DNA from: Octopus sinensis
Lineage: Eukaryota
Reading direction: 5' to 3'
DNA length: 64,000 bases
Assembly (NCBI RefSeq): GCF_006345805.1
Contig: NC_043023.1
Location: 17,112,001 to 17,176,000 of the forward strand
A program made the translations under genes and the position numbers. Numbering within the stretch: position 1 is the stretch's first letter; the number at the start of each line of letters is the position of its first letter. Positions 28,466 to 42,681 of the stretch are shown piece after piece. The notes under the pieces were generated by a model. That model was not told where the DNA came from, made no database searches, and saw only the letters and a list, made by a program, of their open reading frames with translations.

Positions 28466-28804
28466 GTAAGTAAAACATATCCTCTTGATTTGAGTGCAAA
28501 TGATTGTATAATTGTGTGTGTGTGTGGTTTTTTTTGAAACGTTATCATATATACATAGATATTTTAAATATTTTTTAAAGCGAAACTGTAATTTATTAGA
28601 ATGATAATATTGGTCGATGGTTGGTACTATTACTTGATATTTCAATATTTTAGACTTAAGACCCTTCTTCGTGAAAGTTACAAAAGAATGGTGTTGATAG
28701 CTGTTTTCTCTGCCCTCTAGTGTGTGAGTATGGAAGTTATTTGTTTTTAGTTACTATAGTGTACAATCAGCTGCGTGCAGTTCAGATCTGTTATTAATTT
28801 ACAG

Positions 28805-28827
28805 GTTGTACTTGCCAATTAAAATAG
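28805..28827 (+). CDS. Putative terminal coding exon 5 (G)CTCQLK-stop
   Basis: ttattaatttacag acceptor, phase 1; total CDS is 693 nt = 230 aa plus stop; very short, so support is limited. Confidence 0.45.
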
Positions 28828-29087
28828 ATTCTATTTCTCATACGTTCCCAAAGTTTCTTACTGTAACTTCAATGGAAACTTGAATTCTTGAGTGTGGCTT
28901 CTTCTTTTAAGAATCACCCACGGAAATACCACAGCCAAGACATCTGGACTGCACGCAGCTGATTGGATACAATAGCAACGCAAAACAACTCTCTCCACAC
29001 ACACACACACTAGAGAGAAAGGAGATCAGCTATCAATACGTATATACACACACAAATATATATATATCATCAGTCCGGGATAGTGAG

Positions 29088-29625
29088 CTCTGCTAGCTGA
29101 GATGCCTGTCTAGCCTTCGCAAATATATATATTTACAGTGAAATCTATTCACTGGTCACCGTAATTAGAAATATTGGATTTCTAAAGGTCTCAAAGAGAC
29201 ATGAACGGTGGAGGAGCGAATCCTAGCTGGTGGGGCTGCTTGCCTCCCCTTCGCAAATATAAGGACACAAGAAATGTGTCAAAGCCGACAGGAAGCGTCG
29301 ATGCTTCCTAGGGTTAAACAGCGGTGGTGTGATTCCCTTACGGGACTATCACGTTATGTTGACAGTATACAACCACTCTGTATACACAATGATTTTAACT
29401 TATTTATTTGAAGCATGTATGAAGAATTTCTGTGGGTTTTCTACTCTGGAACTACCTACATATAATTGATTATGTGAGAACCAGCTCTCTTCTCGATGGA
29501 GACCGACAAGCTGCAGAGTTTGAGCTTGGGACTTGTTAAGGGTCAATGCGTAACTGACTCTCACTGGGAATTGCAATCGTTGGAAACGAAAGGGGACATC
29601 TGTTGGTATTCTAGGTGCAAATAAC
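29088..29625 (-). mobile_element. Helitron 3' fragment (helicase C-terminus)
   Basis: Inverted paralog of 56105-56642. Confidence 0.75.
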
Positions 29626-29769
29626 CTGTCTCTCTCTCTCTCTCTCCGTTTCCTGAAAAAGGAGTATCGTTAGTATTGGTGGTAGCAGTCGTGGTAGTTG
29701 TAGTGGAGACGTCTCTGTAGTTGTGGTACTAGTTGTAGTGATGTACATATATATATATATATATACTCT

Positions 29770-29960
29770 TTTGCTTGTTTCAGTCATATGACTGTGGCCA
29801 TGCTGGAGCGCCGCCTTTAGTCGAGCAAATCGACACCAGGACTTATTTTTTGTAAGCCTAGTAGTTATTCTATCGGTCTCCTTTACCGAACCGCTAAGTA
29901 CGGGGACGTAAACACGCCAGCATCTGTTGTCAAGCGATATTGGGGGACAAACATAAACAC
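29770..29960 (-). mobile_element. 3' part of the dominant SINE
   Basis: Paralog at 55670-55880. Confidence 0.8.
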
Positions 29961-30042
29961 ACAAACATATACGCACGCACACACACACACTCACACATAT
30001 ATATATATATAATATATATATATTATATATATATATATATAC

Positions 30043-30103
<61 letters not shown>

Positions 30104-30249
30104 ATAATAAATAATATTAGGTTATTAAGAATTATAGAAATTTTATTACCTAATGGCCTAGCGCAAAAGAATTTAGTCAATAGAGTATATATTATTCATA
30201 TAAAATGTACACGATATTACATATATATATGTTTATATATATACACATA

Positions 30250-30412
30250 TATACGACGGGCTTCTTTCAGTTTCCGTCTACCAAATCCACTCACAAGGCT
30301 TTGGTCGGCCCGAGGCTATAGTAGAAGACACTTGCCCAAGGTGTCATGCAGTGGGACTGAACCCGGAACCATGTGGATTATAAGCAAACTACTTACCACG
30401 CAGCCACTCCTA
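30250..30412 (-). mobile_element. tRNA-like head of the dominant SINE
   Basis: Reverse complement of 14763-14930. Confidence 0.8.
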
Positions 30413-30419
30413 CGAAATA

Positions 30420-31135
30420 TATATAATTTGTTTTGGTATTTGGTTTGCAAGATTCTTTATGTGAGTTCGTGTGTTGAAGCATGTTCTGTCGCGTCTGGGG
30501 AGAGTCATTTTCTTTTAGTGTCTTATAATTTAACACTCACCGGTCAAATTTTCCACTTGTTCCTTATTTTTATTTTCCTAAAATTTTCGTTTCGTCTTGC
30601 AACCTTTTCAGTAGTCTTGTCTCTGTCTGTTATTTACATTGCCTTCCCTTTTGTTTGTTTGTGTGCATGTGTGTGGGTCAGGGTGTGTGTGTGTATGTGG
30701 TGTGTGTGCATGTGTGTGTGTATGTGTGTGTGTGTGCTATGCATGTATATATGTATGTATGCATGCATGTGTGTATGTATATATGTGTGTGTATGTATTT
30801 ATGCATGTATGCGTGTACATCTGTATGTATTCTGCATATTCATGTGTTTGCATGTCCGTGTTTGTGTATTTTCTATGTATGTGTTTGTGTGAGCGTGTGT
30901 TTGTATATGTATGCACCTCTGTCTCCTTGTGTGTGTTTTGCAACTATGTACCATGTTTGTATGTGTGGATGTGCCTCTTTATATGTGTGGACCCGTGTCT
31001 CCATATGTGTCCTTGTGTGGAGTAAAGTGTGTGTGTATATAGGGTCATGTTTCAGTCTCCATTTGCGTATGTGTGTTTGTCTCTTCTTATAACCTATCTA
31101 CCTATCCGTCTGTATATTGATCTGTTTATTTGTTT
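30420..31135. repeat. Dispersed repeat with a (GT)/(TATG)-rich interior
   Basis: Inverted copies at 43420-44100 and 53612-54450; same-orientation partial copy at 43150-43420. Confidence 0.8.
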
Positions 31136-31159
31136 ATATATATATATATATATATATGT

Positions 31160-31204
<45 letters not shown>

Positions 31205-31205
31205 A

Positions 31206-31272
<67 letters not shown>

Positions 31273-33345
31273 TTATAGAAGGATCTTCTACAGGACTAGA
31301 ACTGTTTCATTCCAAAGAAATCATCAGGAAGCTAGGTGACAAGAGTAGTTTTGCATTTATACATTTAGGCAGGTTTAAAGGGGTGGTGATGGGGGACTTT
31401 TTGGGGTAGCATGGCGCAAACTATCATTCTTAGGGGAGTGGTCAAAGGAATCAGTGGTAAAGTAGATAAAAGAATAAATAAAAGAATAAATAAAAGAATA
31501 AATAGAAAAATAGAGTTTTAGGTAAATAAGGAGACTCTCACTTATACATATTATATATATATATACATGTACATATACACATACACACACACACACACAT
31601 GCACATATGTATATATATACATACATACATATACACACATATACATACATACACATATACATATATATACATACATATACATACACATACACACATACAT
31701 CCATATACACATGTACATATGCACCCATATACATGCATCTACGTACACACCCATACCCATACTCATACATACACATATATATGTCTACACACATATATAT
31801 ATAAAAGGGGATATACACCCCCATACACACACGCTCACATATCTATATATATATATATATATACATACACATACACACACCTATATATATATATACACAT
31901 ACATACATATACACATATATATATATATATATATACACATATATATACACACACACATATATATACACACACACACACATACATACACATACATATGCAT
32001 ATACATGCACACACATACACACACGTTTCTTCCCTTATTTTAATTTTATTTTTTACTTTTGTTTTTATTTTTATTTTTATTTTGACCTCGGCCAGCCAGC
32101 TCGGCACTGAAGTGATGTCCTCCCAAGGGAACTAGTTTAAAGAATCCATTTATTGTCCTCCTCCCTTCCTTTCTATCTTTCTTCCCACAGATACGAACAC
32201 AAACACTCACACACGCACACACACTCACGCGCACACTCATACACATACACAAACGCACGTGTTATATTCATACATACATAAGTGTACCGACTTTCACATA
32301 AAAGTACACATAACTATGTACACACAAAACCACATATATAAATAAATGTACTTCAGTAACATAAACACACATGAACACCTGCCCGCAATATATAGACGCA
32401 TATGCCTATATACAGACATTGTGCATATAAACATACATACGCATCTATACGCATCCATAACGCCTTTAAGTACATATTAGCACACATGCACGCATACACG
32501 GTGTACATAAAAGCATACCTACATATTCTACCTACACACATACATCTACATACATGCACGTATATACACATACGTACCCGTACCTACAAATTCATATCTA
32601 CATGCATACACATACATACATCTATACACACACAGAAGACTAGTCCATACATATCACAAATAAATATATTACATATACATATACACATACATACACATAC
32701 ATACACATATATATATATATACAATAATATATATATATATATATATACAATATATACATATACACATACACGTACGCGTATACCTACATATACATACACA
32801 ACATATATACTTACACAAGTCATATACATACCTACATACCATACATCCATATATCTATACATATACATACACATATATACACATGCACATACTAATACCC
32901 ACGCACACACATCTATCTACATATATAAAAAAGAAACCCAACAAGTCCATACATGTACAACACATACACATACATACATGCATATACACATATATACCCA
33001 TACACATATACACATACTACACATATTACACACATGTATATAATACATATATACACATACATATACATACACACATGCATACACATACACACACACACGC
33101 GCATCCATATATACATAAATACATACATGCATACAAACATATACATATATACATACATGCATACTCAAAAAATAGATAATAAATAATAAATATATATACA
33201 TGCAGTAACCCATTATACAGACGGATACATACGTATAAACATACACATATATACCTATTTACACATATGTATATATACATACATACACATACACATAACT
33301 CTACATACCTGCATATACATAAACACACAAGCGTACATATATATA

Positions 33346-33384
<39 letters not shown>

Positions 33385-33559
33385 CCACATACATACATAT
33401 ACACACACACACATACACATACACATACATATACACGCACGTAAATACACGCACTCACATACATACGTATATTCCTACTAACACCCATACATTTCTATAC
33501 ATATATACAATACATATATACAAGTGTACACATACAATATGTGAATAGTCTTAGGAGAA

Positions 33560-34905
33560 AAGGTAATTGGGGGTGCTGAGGGAACGTGGGGGTGGGGGGG
33601 TTGTGGGGGGGGGTTGTGGGGGGGGGGGTTGTGGGGGGTCGTCAATCGGGTTGCGGGTGGGTCTGTAGTTTTTGTAGTTTGCATAAATTTTGTGCATGCA
33701 ATTTGGGGAGTGTTCCGAGATCTTGTTGAGAAGAGGGCCTTTGGGGAACAAGATCTCCAGGCTCTCAGCAAAATGCAGAGGTCACAGCAGGTATGGCCTC
33801 CTGTGTACGAACGCGCCCTCTGTAGTAGTCTCCACTTGATCTTGAAGGGGATGGAGTTCTTTTAGGTACCAGATGTGGGCGGCGCGAGGGTAGTTTGGTT
33901 GGATTTGTCAGGTCGCCGGAACGAATGTGGTGGGGCGTACCAACGAGTCTTAAAGCTGTTTGACGTCATTCCGATGTACGATTTTCTTTTATCATCGGGG
34001 CCTGATCGTACCTCGCATGTGTAGACGAGGTCCTTCTGTAGGCAGTTGTTGTTGAGGGGGCAAGTGGTTTTATCAGGCAGTTGCAATTGCTATCGGATGT
34101 GGATGGGCCTCGGAAAAAGTAGATTTATTAAGTTTTTCACGTTATTGTTGGCTAGGTTCCTGGCTAGATTGGGCGTGCGTGGTAGAGTAGGAGAGTCTAA
34201 TGGTGTTCTTATTTAGGATTGTATAGTACTTATGTTGGGTGGGGAAGTATTTCTGTAGGAGAGTGAAAAGATTTTAGCTACAGGTGTAGCGACCTCACGG
34301 TTGAAGGGGGGGTTGTACCAGCTAATGTGTCTTCGCCTATTTTTCCTGGGTTGGCGTGGGGCTATGCTATGTAGGTGATCTTATCTTTAAAGCCACTGCG
34401 GGCCAGGGCCTCGTTGTAATAGGGGGCTGCTGCATTAAAGATATCTTCAGTAGCGGAAGGCTAGAGATATTCTAATTGAGACACTTTTACTAGGTTGTCT
34501 AAATATTTTTGGGGGTGGTGGAATTAATGTCTATATATCTAAGGGATTCATTTGGTTTGTGTACGGGTAAAAAGTGAGGTTTTTTAGTCGAGGGTAACGT
34601 CAAGGAAGTTAGCTTTGGTTAAGTTGGATTCTAAGGTAATCCTAAGGCCTAAGTTTTTTAAAAAATTGTAAAGATTTTTCCGGAACCCATCCGTGGTCCT
34701 GGGGTTTATTTTGTGGAGGGCAGAAAGGCCATCATCGCGGTAAAGACCACCGGAGAGGCCTGTGAATAGGGTCTTCAGCCTATGGAGGATGAAAAGGCCC
34801 ACAAGGTCACTTATTTCAGCCGAGTCGCTAGCACCCATGCTGACGTCGAAGGGGGTCACAGATTTTTTCTTGATCCAGTGGGATCCGTCGTGGTAAAGAA
34901 AAGTC
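33560..34905 (-). mobile_element. 5'-truncated Penelope-like element (RT plus GIY-YIG), linker C-P-L-x3-C (possibly Nematis-type)
   Basis: DVSMGASDSAEISDLVGLFIL, GGLYRDDGL, NFLDVTLD, TTCPLNNNCL..LVYTCEV, KSYIGMTSNSFKTRW, LLNKISE..NC.H; frameshifted. Confidence 0.88.
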
Positions 34906-35225
34906 TTACGTGCGTATACACACACAAATATATATATACAGTATATATAGATATAATAACACTATACTTGTTCCACGTCCTCGCAATGTGTTTTCTCTTT
35001 GTTCATGTTTGGAGTAACTATACAATATATATATATATATATATTTATATGTATATATATATATACATACACACATACACACACACATATATATCATGAT
35101 CATCGAGAAATTTAGAATTAACCTCATTATTTTCCAAATAATTTTTTCCTTCATTGTTTTTTTTCTTTTCAGGTATAAAACCTTTCGAAACCCTGGTCAT
35201 CTCAGTATCTCTCTATTCTTAGATA
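34905..35225. repeat. Short pLTR-like dispersed repeat
   Basis: tacttgttccacgtcctcgc...gaaaccctggtcatctcagtatctctc; inverted copy at 46805-47140. Confidence 0.75.
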
Positions 35226-35287
35226 GTTAGTTAGTTAGACAGATAGATAGATCGATAGACTGATAGATAAACAGACAGACGACAGAC

Positions 35288-35381
<94 letters not shown>

Positions 35382-35399
35382 AAATAGATAGATAGATAG

Positions 35400-36185
35400 A
35401 TAAGTTTCTTTATTGGACACACAGGCTGCACAGCGATGGGATAAATTACAATGTAGAACTTTTCTTATGGGGGATGAAAAAAAGGTTGCGTAGGTTTTCG
35501 ATCAAAAGGGATCGTAAAAGGAAAAAAAAGAAAAAAGGAAAACAAAAGAATAAAAAAACAAAAGAAAAGAAAAAAGAAAAAAGAAGAAAAAAAGAGGAAA
35601 AAAGGAGAAGAGGAAAAATAAACGATCAATAGGGATCGTGTATCACAGTGTCATGATGTACGGTGTAAAGGGGGAAGCAGATAAGGTTTATCCGTGGGAA
35701 GAAAAGCCAACGAAAAAGACCACGGTAACCTCGGTCAATATTGTTATATGCTACCACATTTGTTTGCAGGTGGGTAACCCTCTGTTTTCAATTTCTGGGT
35801 TCATAGGATTATGCTCAAGGTGGCTACGTCATTCGTACGTGCCATCCTTGCTACATTCACCCATCTTTTTTTTAAACATTCGCTAGACAAAACTTGCCTC
35901 TCTACTCTCACTTTCCTTTTCAAATGATACATGAAGAAGTTGATGAGAGATTGACCAGAGAGGAAAGTGTTTGGTTCCAATCCTTTCAGACGCGTCCACC
36001 AGATACATTCTTTCGCCATAGCCACAAGGATGATGAAAATAGCTCTTCCTTCCCGTTTGAAGGAAGGAGGCGTGACAATATTGACGATAGACACAGCTGA
36101 TAAACCGACTCGTCCCACACGTGACAGAAGTTGTTCGACATAAGCCCACAGGTCGGAAATTGTTGGACACTGCATGAGTGCATAG
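35400..36185 (-). mobile_element. L1/Tx1-clade LINE 3' fragment inserted in (GATA)n
   Basis: ALMQCPTISDLW zinc-knuckle end, MAKECIWWTRLK...; AATAAA immediately before the (TATC)n tail; GATA arrays on both sides. Confidence 0.75.
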
Positions 36186-37139
36186 CTAGCTAGATAGATA
36201 GATAGATTGATTGATAGATAGATAGATACATAGATAGATAGACAGACAAACAGACAGACAGATAGATAGATATATAGATAGATAGATAGGTAGATAGATA
36301 GATAGACAGACAGCTAGATAGATAGATAGATAGATACATACATACATACATACATACATAAACACATACATACATACATACATACATAGACACATACATA
36401 CATACATACATACATACATACATACATACATACATACACACGGACAGACAGACATTGTTGTACAGTGTAAATGCTTTAAATAATAATAAAGGACATCATA
36501 GAGAGGAAAGCGTTCAACAGATACGCTGTGAGCTTAATGCTTTAATAGAAGAGAAAAACTCAAGATTTCGGAGGTGAGTCCTTCATCAGAAGGAAAGGAA
36601 AATACTATAGGAGTTAGAAAGAAGAATAAACGATGAGGGAGAGAGAGAGAAAGAGAGAGAGAGAGACAGACAGAGAAAACGGACAAAGTGTTAGGAACCG
36701 GATGAAATGCAGTTCAATGAGGAGAGATTTAATTAGGTAAGAGGGATGGGTGTTTGTGTGCAAGTATAGAAGTGGAACCTCATCTGAAAAGTGACATGTA
36801 GGAAGGTGTGTGTGTGTGTGTGTGTACGGTTGCTTGGGATATGCATGTGTCTAGAAGAGTGCAAATTCAGATGTTTAGTGGCGTAGATACGTTGGGTATG
36901 CGAGATGATGGAGTGTGTGTACGAGTTGCCGTTAAGAGTGTGAGAAGAAAGTGTCGATGTGAGGAGGTAGAAGTGTGCACGAGTGGGAAGAAAATGAAAA
37001 GGCGAGAGGAATTAGGAAGATGTGATGAATGTGTGGGAAAGTATACGAGTGTGAAATGGTTTCAGGCGGACGGAAGGTTTGTGCTGAAATATGCATGAAA
37101 GAGAAAAGACACAAGTTCTGTAAGAGAAGAACGGTTAAA

Positions 37140-37880
37140 GAAAAAATATTAAAAAATTTTAAGATATTGGTAATAATTAATAAAATCCAGATGTGTGAAA
37201 AATGTACGCGAATTGCTAGTGAGTTGCCATTGAAGACAGGAAACTCGCAGTTAGTGGTACGACTCCACCAAACGTCTGGAATGCATCCGGATGGAAAATG
37301 GGCCGACTGATCGCGGTATTTCAGGATTTTGTTCCGGTCGGCCACAGAGGCTGAGGACCACGCCCTGACCGTACCATCCAGGATGCGAAGAGAGGCAAAG
37401 AAGTCGCTAACTGTGACATCCAGACAAGGAATCTGTCTCGCGACAACGGGCACGGGGTGAGGCCATCAGGTCTTTTCCTATCACATCTGGACAATCCAGA
37501 TGGTTCCAAGATTCAGGCGGCAAGAAAAACCATGGAAACCCGTGGAGTCGAGGAACCTGCCACTACGACAGACCAAAACCGCGCATACGTCAACTCCCAT
37601 TCTGAGAGCAATGGAGACACGAAGTTCGTCCAAGATGAGTAGGCCACCAACATTAGCCACAGGGATGGCATCAATCCAGTCATCCGAGTATTTGGCGCTA
37701 GCAGACAGAAAGCAGCACCTTGAAAACTGGTCCGACTGGATGAAGAGGGAGTCGAAGGTAGCCTTCGAAATTATGTTGTCCAAAGCTCTCTCACTCCGTC
37801 TGACCTCCACCTCCTCAGGAGCAGACAATCCCAGTTCCCTCCTGTGTTGGAGTAAGTATAGTTTTAATGGCTGATAAAAC
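37140..37880 (-). mobile_element. CRE-like non-LTR retrotransposon 3' fragment (zinc knuckle plus restriction-like endonuclease)
   Basis: LSASAKYSDDWIDAIP...LRMG...C.SG.FLDSTGFHGFSC; MEPSGL.RCDRKRPDGLT...LVWDVTVSD. Confidence 0.75.
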
Positions 37881-37935
37881 TGAAACGATGTAGATTGTTT
37901 TTAGTCCTCAAAAAATATATACAAAACACACATAC

Positions 37936-38000
<65 letters not shown>

Positions 38001-38564
38001 TCAACAATTGAGGGTAAAATTAATTAATTATTAATTAATTTCACCAAGTATTCAGTATGTAAAGGGACCATTTAAGGCGGATTCAAAATATTACATTTTA
38101 TAAAGGGCTTAGTAAAATAAATTACTTTGCCACATACTGAACTCATTAGAAATAGCAGCCAAAAAAAATTTTTTTAGCCATTTCTAATACTTAAAGAAAA
38201 TTTCTCTCAGATAGTGTTTACTCAAAATAACCCACGAAGGTAAGATATAGATATATATATATACACATACATATACATATATCTATATATCTCTATCTAT
38301 AAATATATATATACACATATATATACATATATATATATATATATAAAATACAAAATGGGACAAGAACGCAAAAACTTCGGACAACTTGGTGATACAAAAG
38401 GGACAACAAGACACATATATAAATATATATACATATATATATACATATATAACTAATAAAAAACATATATATATGATATATATATATATATATGTATATA
38501 CATATGTATATATATATATTATGTATATATATATGTATATATATATACAGATAGATATATACAC

Positions 38565-38639
<75 letters not shown>

Positions 38640-38678
38640 TATATATATATTATATATAATATATATATATTATATATA

Positions 38679-38719
<41 letters not shown>

Positions 38720-38787
38720 CATATATACGGTCAGGGTGAGATCCACAGCTTCTGAGGCCGATCGGAACAAAATTCCTGAAATACCGC

Positions 38788-38887
38788 NNNNNNNNNNNNN
38801 NNNNNNNNNNNNNNNNNNNNNNNNNNNNNNNNNNNNNNNNNNNNNNNNNNNNNNNNNNNNNNNNNNNNNNNNNNNNNNNNNNNNNNN
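38788..38887. other. Assembly gap (~100 N)
   Basis: N run. Confidence 0.99.
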
Positions 38888-39470
38888 TCTTTGACTCTTT
38901 AACCTGTTTCAGTCAATTGACTGCGGCCATGCTGGAGCACCAACTTTTAGTCGAGCAACTCGACCACATGACTTATTCTTTGGAAGCCTAGTACTTATTC
39001 TATCGGTTCTTTTTGCCGAACCGCTAAGTTAAGGGGACGTAAACACACCACCATCAGTTTCAAGCAATTTTGGAGGGACAAACACAGACACACAAACACA
39101 ACACACACACACACACACTATCATATTTACGACGGGCTTTTTCAGTTTCCGTCTCCCAAATCTACTCACAAGACTTTGGTTCGGCCCGAGGCTTAGTAGA
39201 AAACACTTGCCCAAGGTGCCACGCAAGTGGGACGGACCCGGAACCAATGTAGTTGGTTAGCAAGCTACTTACAACACAGCCACTCCTACACCTATGATAT
39301 ATACGACAGGCTTCTTTCAGTTTCCGTCTACCAAATCCATTCACAAAGCTTTGGTCGGCCCGAGGCTATAGTAGAAGACAGTCGCCCAAGGTGCCACGCA
39401 GTGGGACGGAACCCGGAACCATGTGGTTGGTAAGCAAGCTACTTACCACACAGCCCGTCCTATGCCTATA
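38888..39470 (-). mobile_element. Dominant SINE with a tandemly duplicated head
   Basis: 3' body 38890-39090; heads at ~39125-39295 and ~39300-39470. Confidence 0.8.
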
Positions 39471-39471
39471 A

Positions 39472-39630
<159 letters not shown>

Positions 39631-41060
39631 GAAACATCTTCGATGAAGGACCCTTTTACCTTTCACTTTCCTCCTGCACTCTCTCGTTTTCTCAACAAAC
39701 TAACTTGAAATTTGATGGAAGGTTTATTTTCGAACCCTTTTTTTAAACCCTATTTCTGTTGCCCTTTCTTTCAATTAATCTTGAAAATATTGAAGAATTG
39801 AAGAAAATAACTCTTTTAATTATGAAGTTGATGTTTGGAACATAAAATAATATGAAATTTTAAGGGAATATTTTCATTTAGATCACTTTAACCCTTTCGT
39901 TACCATATTTCTATTGAAATACACTTCCTTTGTTTTAATTAATTTTGAAAATAAGGAGTAATTTAGTAAAATAACTTTGTCCCTATTCAGCTAGTGTTTG
40001 GAGCATAAATTAACATATATTAAACTTGGATTCGTTTGTTTAAATTATCGTCAGAAATAAAGTATTTCCCACAAACTTCACAAAGACAAGGGTGTTCTCG
40101 TGTGTGAGGTCTTTTGTGAATAACACGATTTGATTTCCGAGTAAAGGATTTCTCACAACAGAACGTAACGGCAGACGAAATACGGCTACGCATTTCGCCC
40201 GGCGTTTTAAACGTTTCGGCCAGCTCACCACACCGCCTTTAGCGACGAGATACCTATTTCTTTACTACTCAAAAGGGGCTAAACACAGATGGGACAAACA
40301 AGAACAGACAAAGGGATTAAGTCGATTATATCGATCCCAGTGCGTAACTGGTACTTATTTATCGTCTTCGAAAGGATGAAAGGCCAAGTCGACCTCGGTG
40401 GAATTTGAACTAGAACCTACGACAGATGAAATATCGCTAAGTATTTCGCCCCGGCGTGCTAACGATTCAAACACACACAGGAGAGAGGGTCGGGTGAATG
40501 GTTGTATAGATCACAAACCTTAAAAGGCTTGTAGAAGCTTTTTTAAGGCGTGTTGTTCGGTTAGTTGCCAAATAAGATGCTTACGGTGGAGTCACCCCTT
40601 TAACATTAATGTTGTATGTTGTAGTTGATATAAAGAAGAGAAGTGTTTCAGAATATTACAGACGAGGCTTTTTCTCAGATGAAAATATTTTATTTAAGAA
40701 CAATAAAATAAATAAATGAGTCACAGAGAAAAAATTACAACAGCAAAGAAACAACATAGAATAATCACTCTTTGAATATTACATTGGGAAAGCAAATACA
40801 TAAACTTGTCTTTGTGTGCAACAGAATGTTTCAGAAAATATATTAAACATAAGAAGGGAAAAAAAAGATGCAAATGTGTGTGTGTGTGTATTAAAATAAA
40901 AATGAGGGTAAAATATTGGATATTAATTTGATTACATCAATTTTAACATCAGTGGTCTAGCGCATAAAAGCTGAGATTCGGTAATTAGTCCCAATAATAG
41001 TATATTTGTTCCACGTCCTGTCGTCGTGTTTTTTGTGCTTTCTTGTTTGGATTAACTATA

Positions 41061-41140
<80 letters not shown>

Positions 41141-41213
41141 GTGGTGTATGTGTATATATATATAAATATATATATATATATTTATGTATAATATATATAT
41201 GTGTATATATATG

Positions 41214-41245
<32 letters not shown>

Positions 41246-41250
41246 TTTAT

Positions 41251-41313
<63 letters not shown>

Positions 41314-41861
41314 ATGTATGTATGTATGTATGTATATATGTATGTATGTGTATGTGTGATAAATGTCTTGCATTTCCGAGTTTTACAAACGGTGTATGCT
41401 GGTGAAAGATCAACTTTGAAATAAGGAATTTAACAATACATCAGTTATTAAATTGAAAAAGGTGCGAGTGAGTCAGCATAGGGATCAGTTAAAAACACTA
41501 CAACGGACAGGTCACTTGTTAGATTCTGATCGTGTGAGGAGGTTTTTATCGTACCCTAACGAGTTAAAAATAAATACTTGTAATAAAATATTAGTGTAAG
41601 TTTAAAGGATAATTCCATCCCAGCAAATTATAATTTGTTTTTACATGTATTACCATGTACCAAAATATTTGAATTCAAATCCAATAAATTAGTGTCAACA
41701 ATCGTGAAGAATATGTGCAAAAAAGAAAGGTTCTGCTATCTAATAATCATTATATATATATATATATATAATATATATATATGATGTATATATATGTATA
41801 TATATATGTATATATGTATACATATATATATATAACTAATATATATATAATATTATATATA

Positions 41862-41889
<28 letters not shown>

Positions 41890-41902
<13 letters not shown>

Positions 41903-42110
41903 AAAGTTAATCCAAACAAGAAACAAAAAGACAACAACGCGAGGATGTGGAACAAATTAAGTATTATTGGACGCTCAGGAAAGAAGGAAAGAAGTAGGGT
42001 ATGACGTTTCGAGCGGAGCTCTTCGTCGGAAACATAGGAGAAAGAAAGATCCCGAGGTGGGAGGACAGAGGGAAAAAAATGCAAGTGGTCTTCACAGGTC
42101 ACATATTATA
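41890..42110 (-). mobile_element. Short non-coding element in (TA)n with a minimal hammerhead-like motif
   Basis: Minus strand: CCGACGA-A-GAGC-TCC-GCTC-GAAAC-GTC (41997-42037); relatives at 42740-42945 (+) and ~40990-41060. Confidence 0.55.
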
Positions 42111-42161
42111 CATATATATATATATATAATACATATATATTATACACACATATATATATAC

Positions 42162-42193
<32 letters not shown>

Positions 42194-42521
42194 TTACATA
42201 CATATATATATATATTCCATATATATATATATATACACACATATATATACACACACACACAATATATATATATATATAATGTATGTATATATATATATAT
42301 ATATATATTATATATTATATATATATATAGTATATATATATATAGATAATATATATATATATATATATATATTTATAATGATTATAATGATTATTAGATA
42401 GCAGAACCTATATATATATAATTTAAAAATAGGATGAAATCTTATAAGAATTTTATCAAGAGGTTAGCGTGAAAAACCTCATAAGGGAAAAATCCATCAA
42501 TGTTTCTCTTAAATAAATCCA

Positions 42522-42681
42522 TTTATATTGAGGGCATTACTAGACATAAATGCCACACGCTTGGAGGAACTCTTAAAGTCAAAAGTACCGAAATAAATAA
42601 AGACATTTATTTTGGTAGGTTTGACTGTAAGAGTCCTTCCTGGCGTGTGACATTTATGTATAATAATGCCCTCAATATAAA
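42522..42681. repeat. ~160-bp foldback (MITE-like)
   Basis: Arms ~77 bp; outer 18 bp perfectly complementary; loop ~6 nt. Confidence 0.85.

Noticed and set aside
31285-31340. Minus-strand CTGATGA...GAAAC hammerhead-like motif
   Set aside because: Stems close poorly; at most a decayed relic.
36555-36600. Hammerhead-like CTGATGA-AGGA..TCC-GAAA (also 45870-45910)
   Set aside because: The core and stem II are present, but I could not form stem III, an NUH triplet or stem I.
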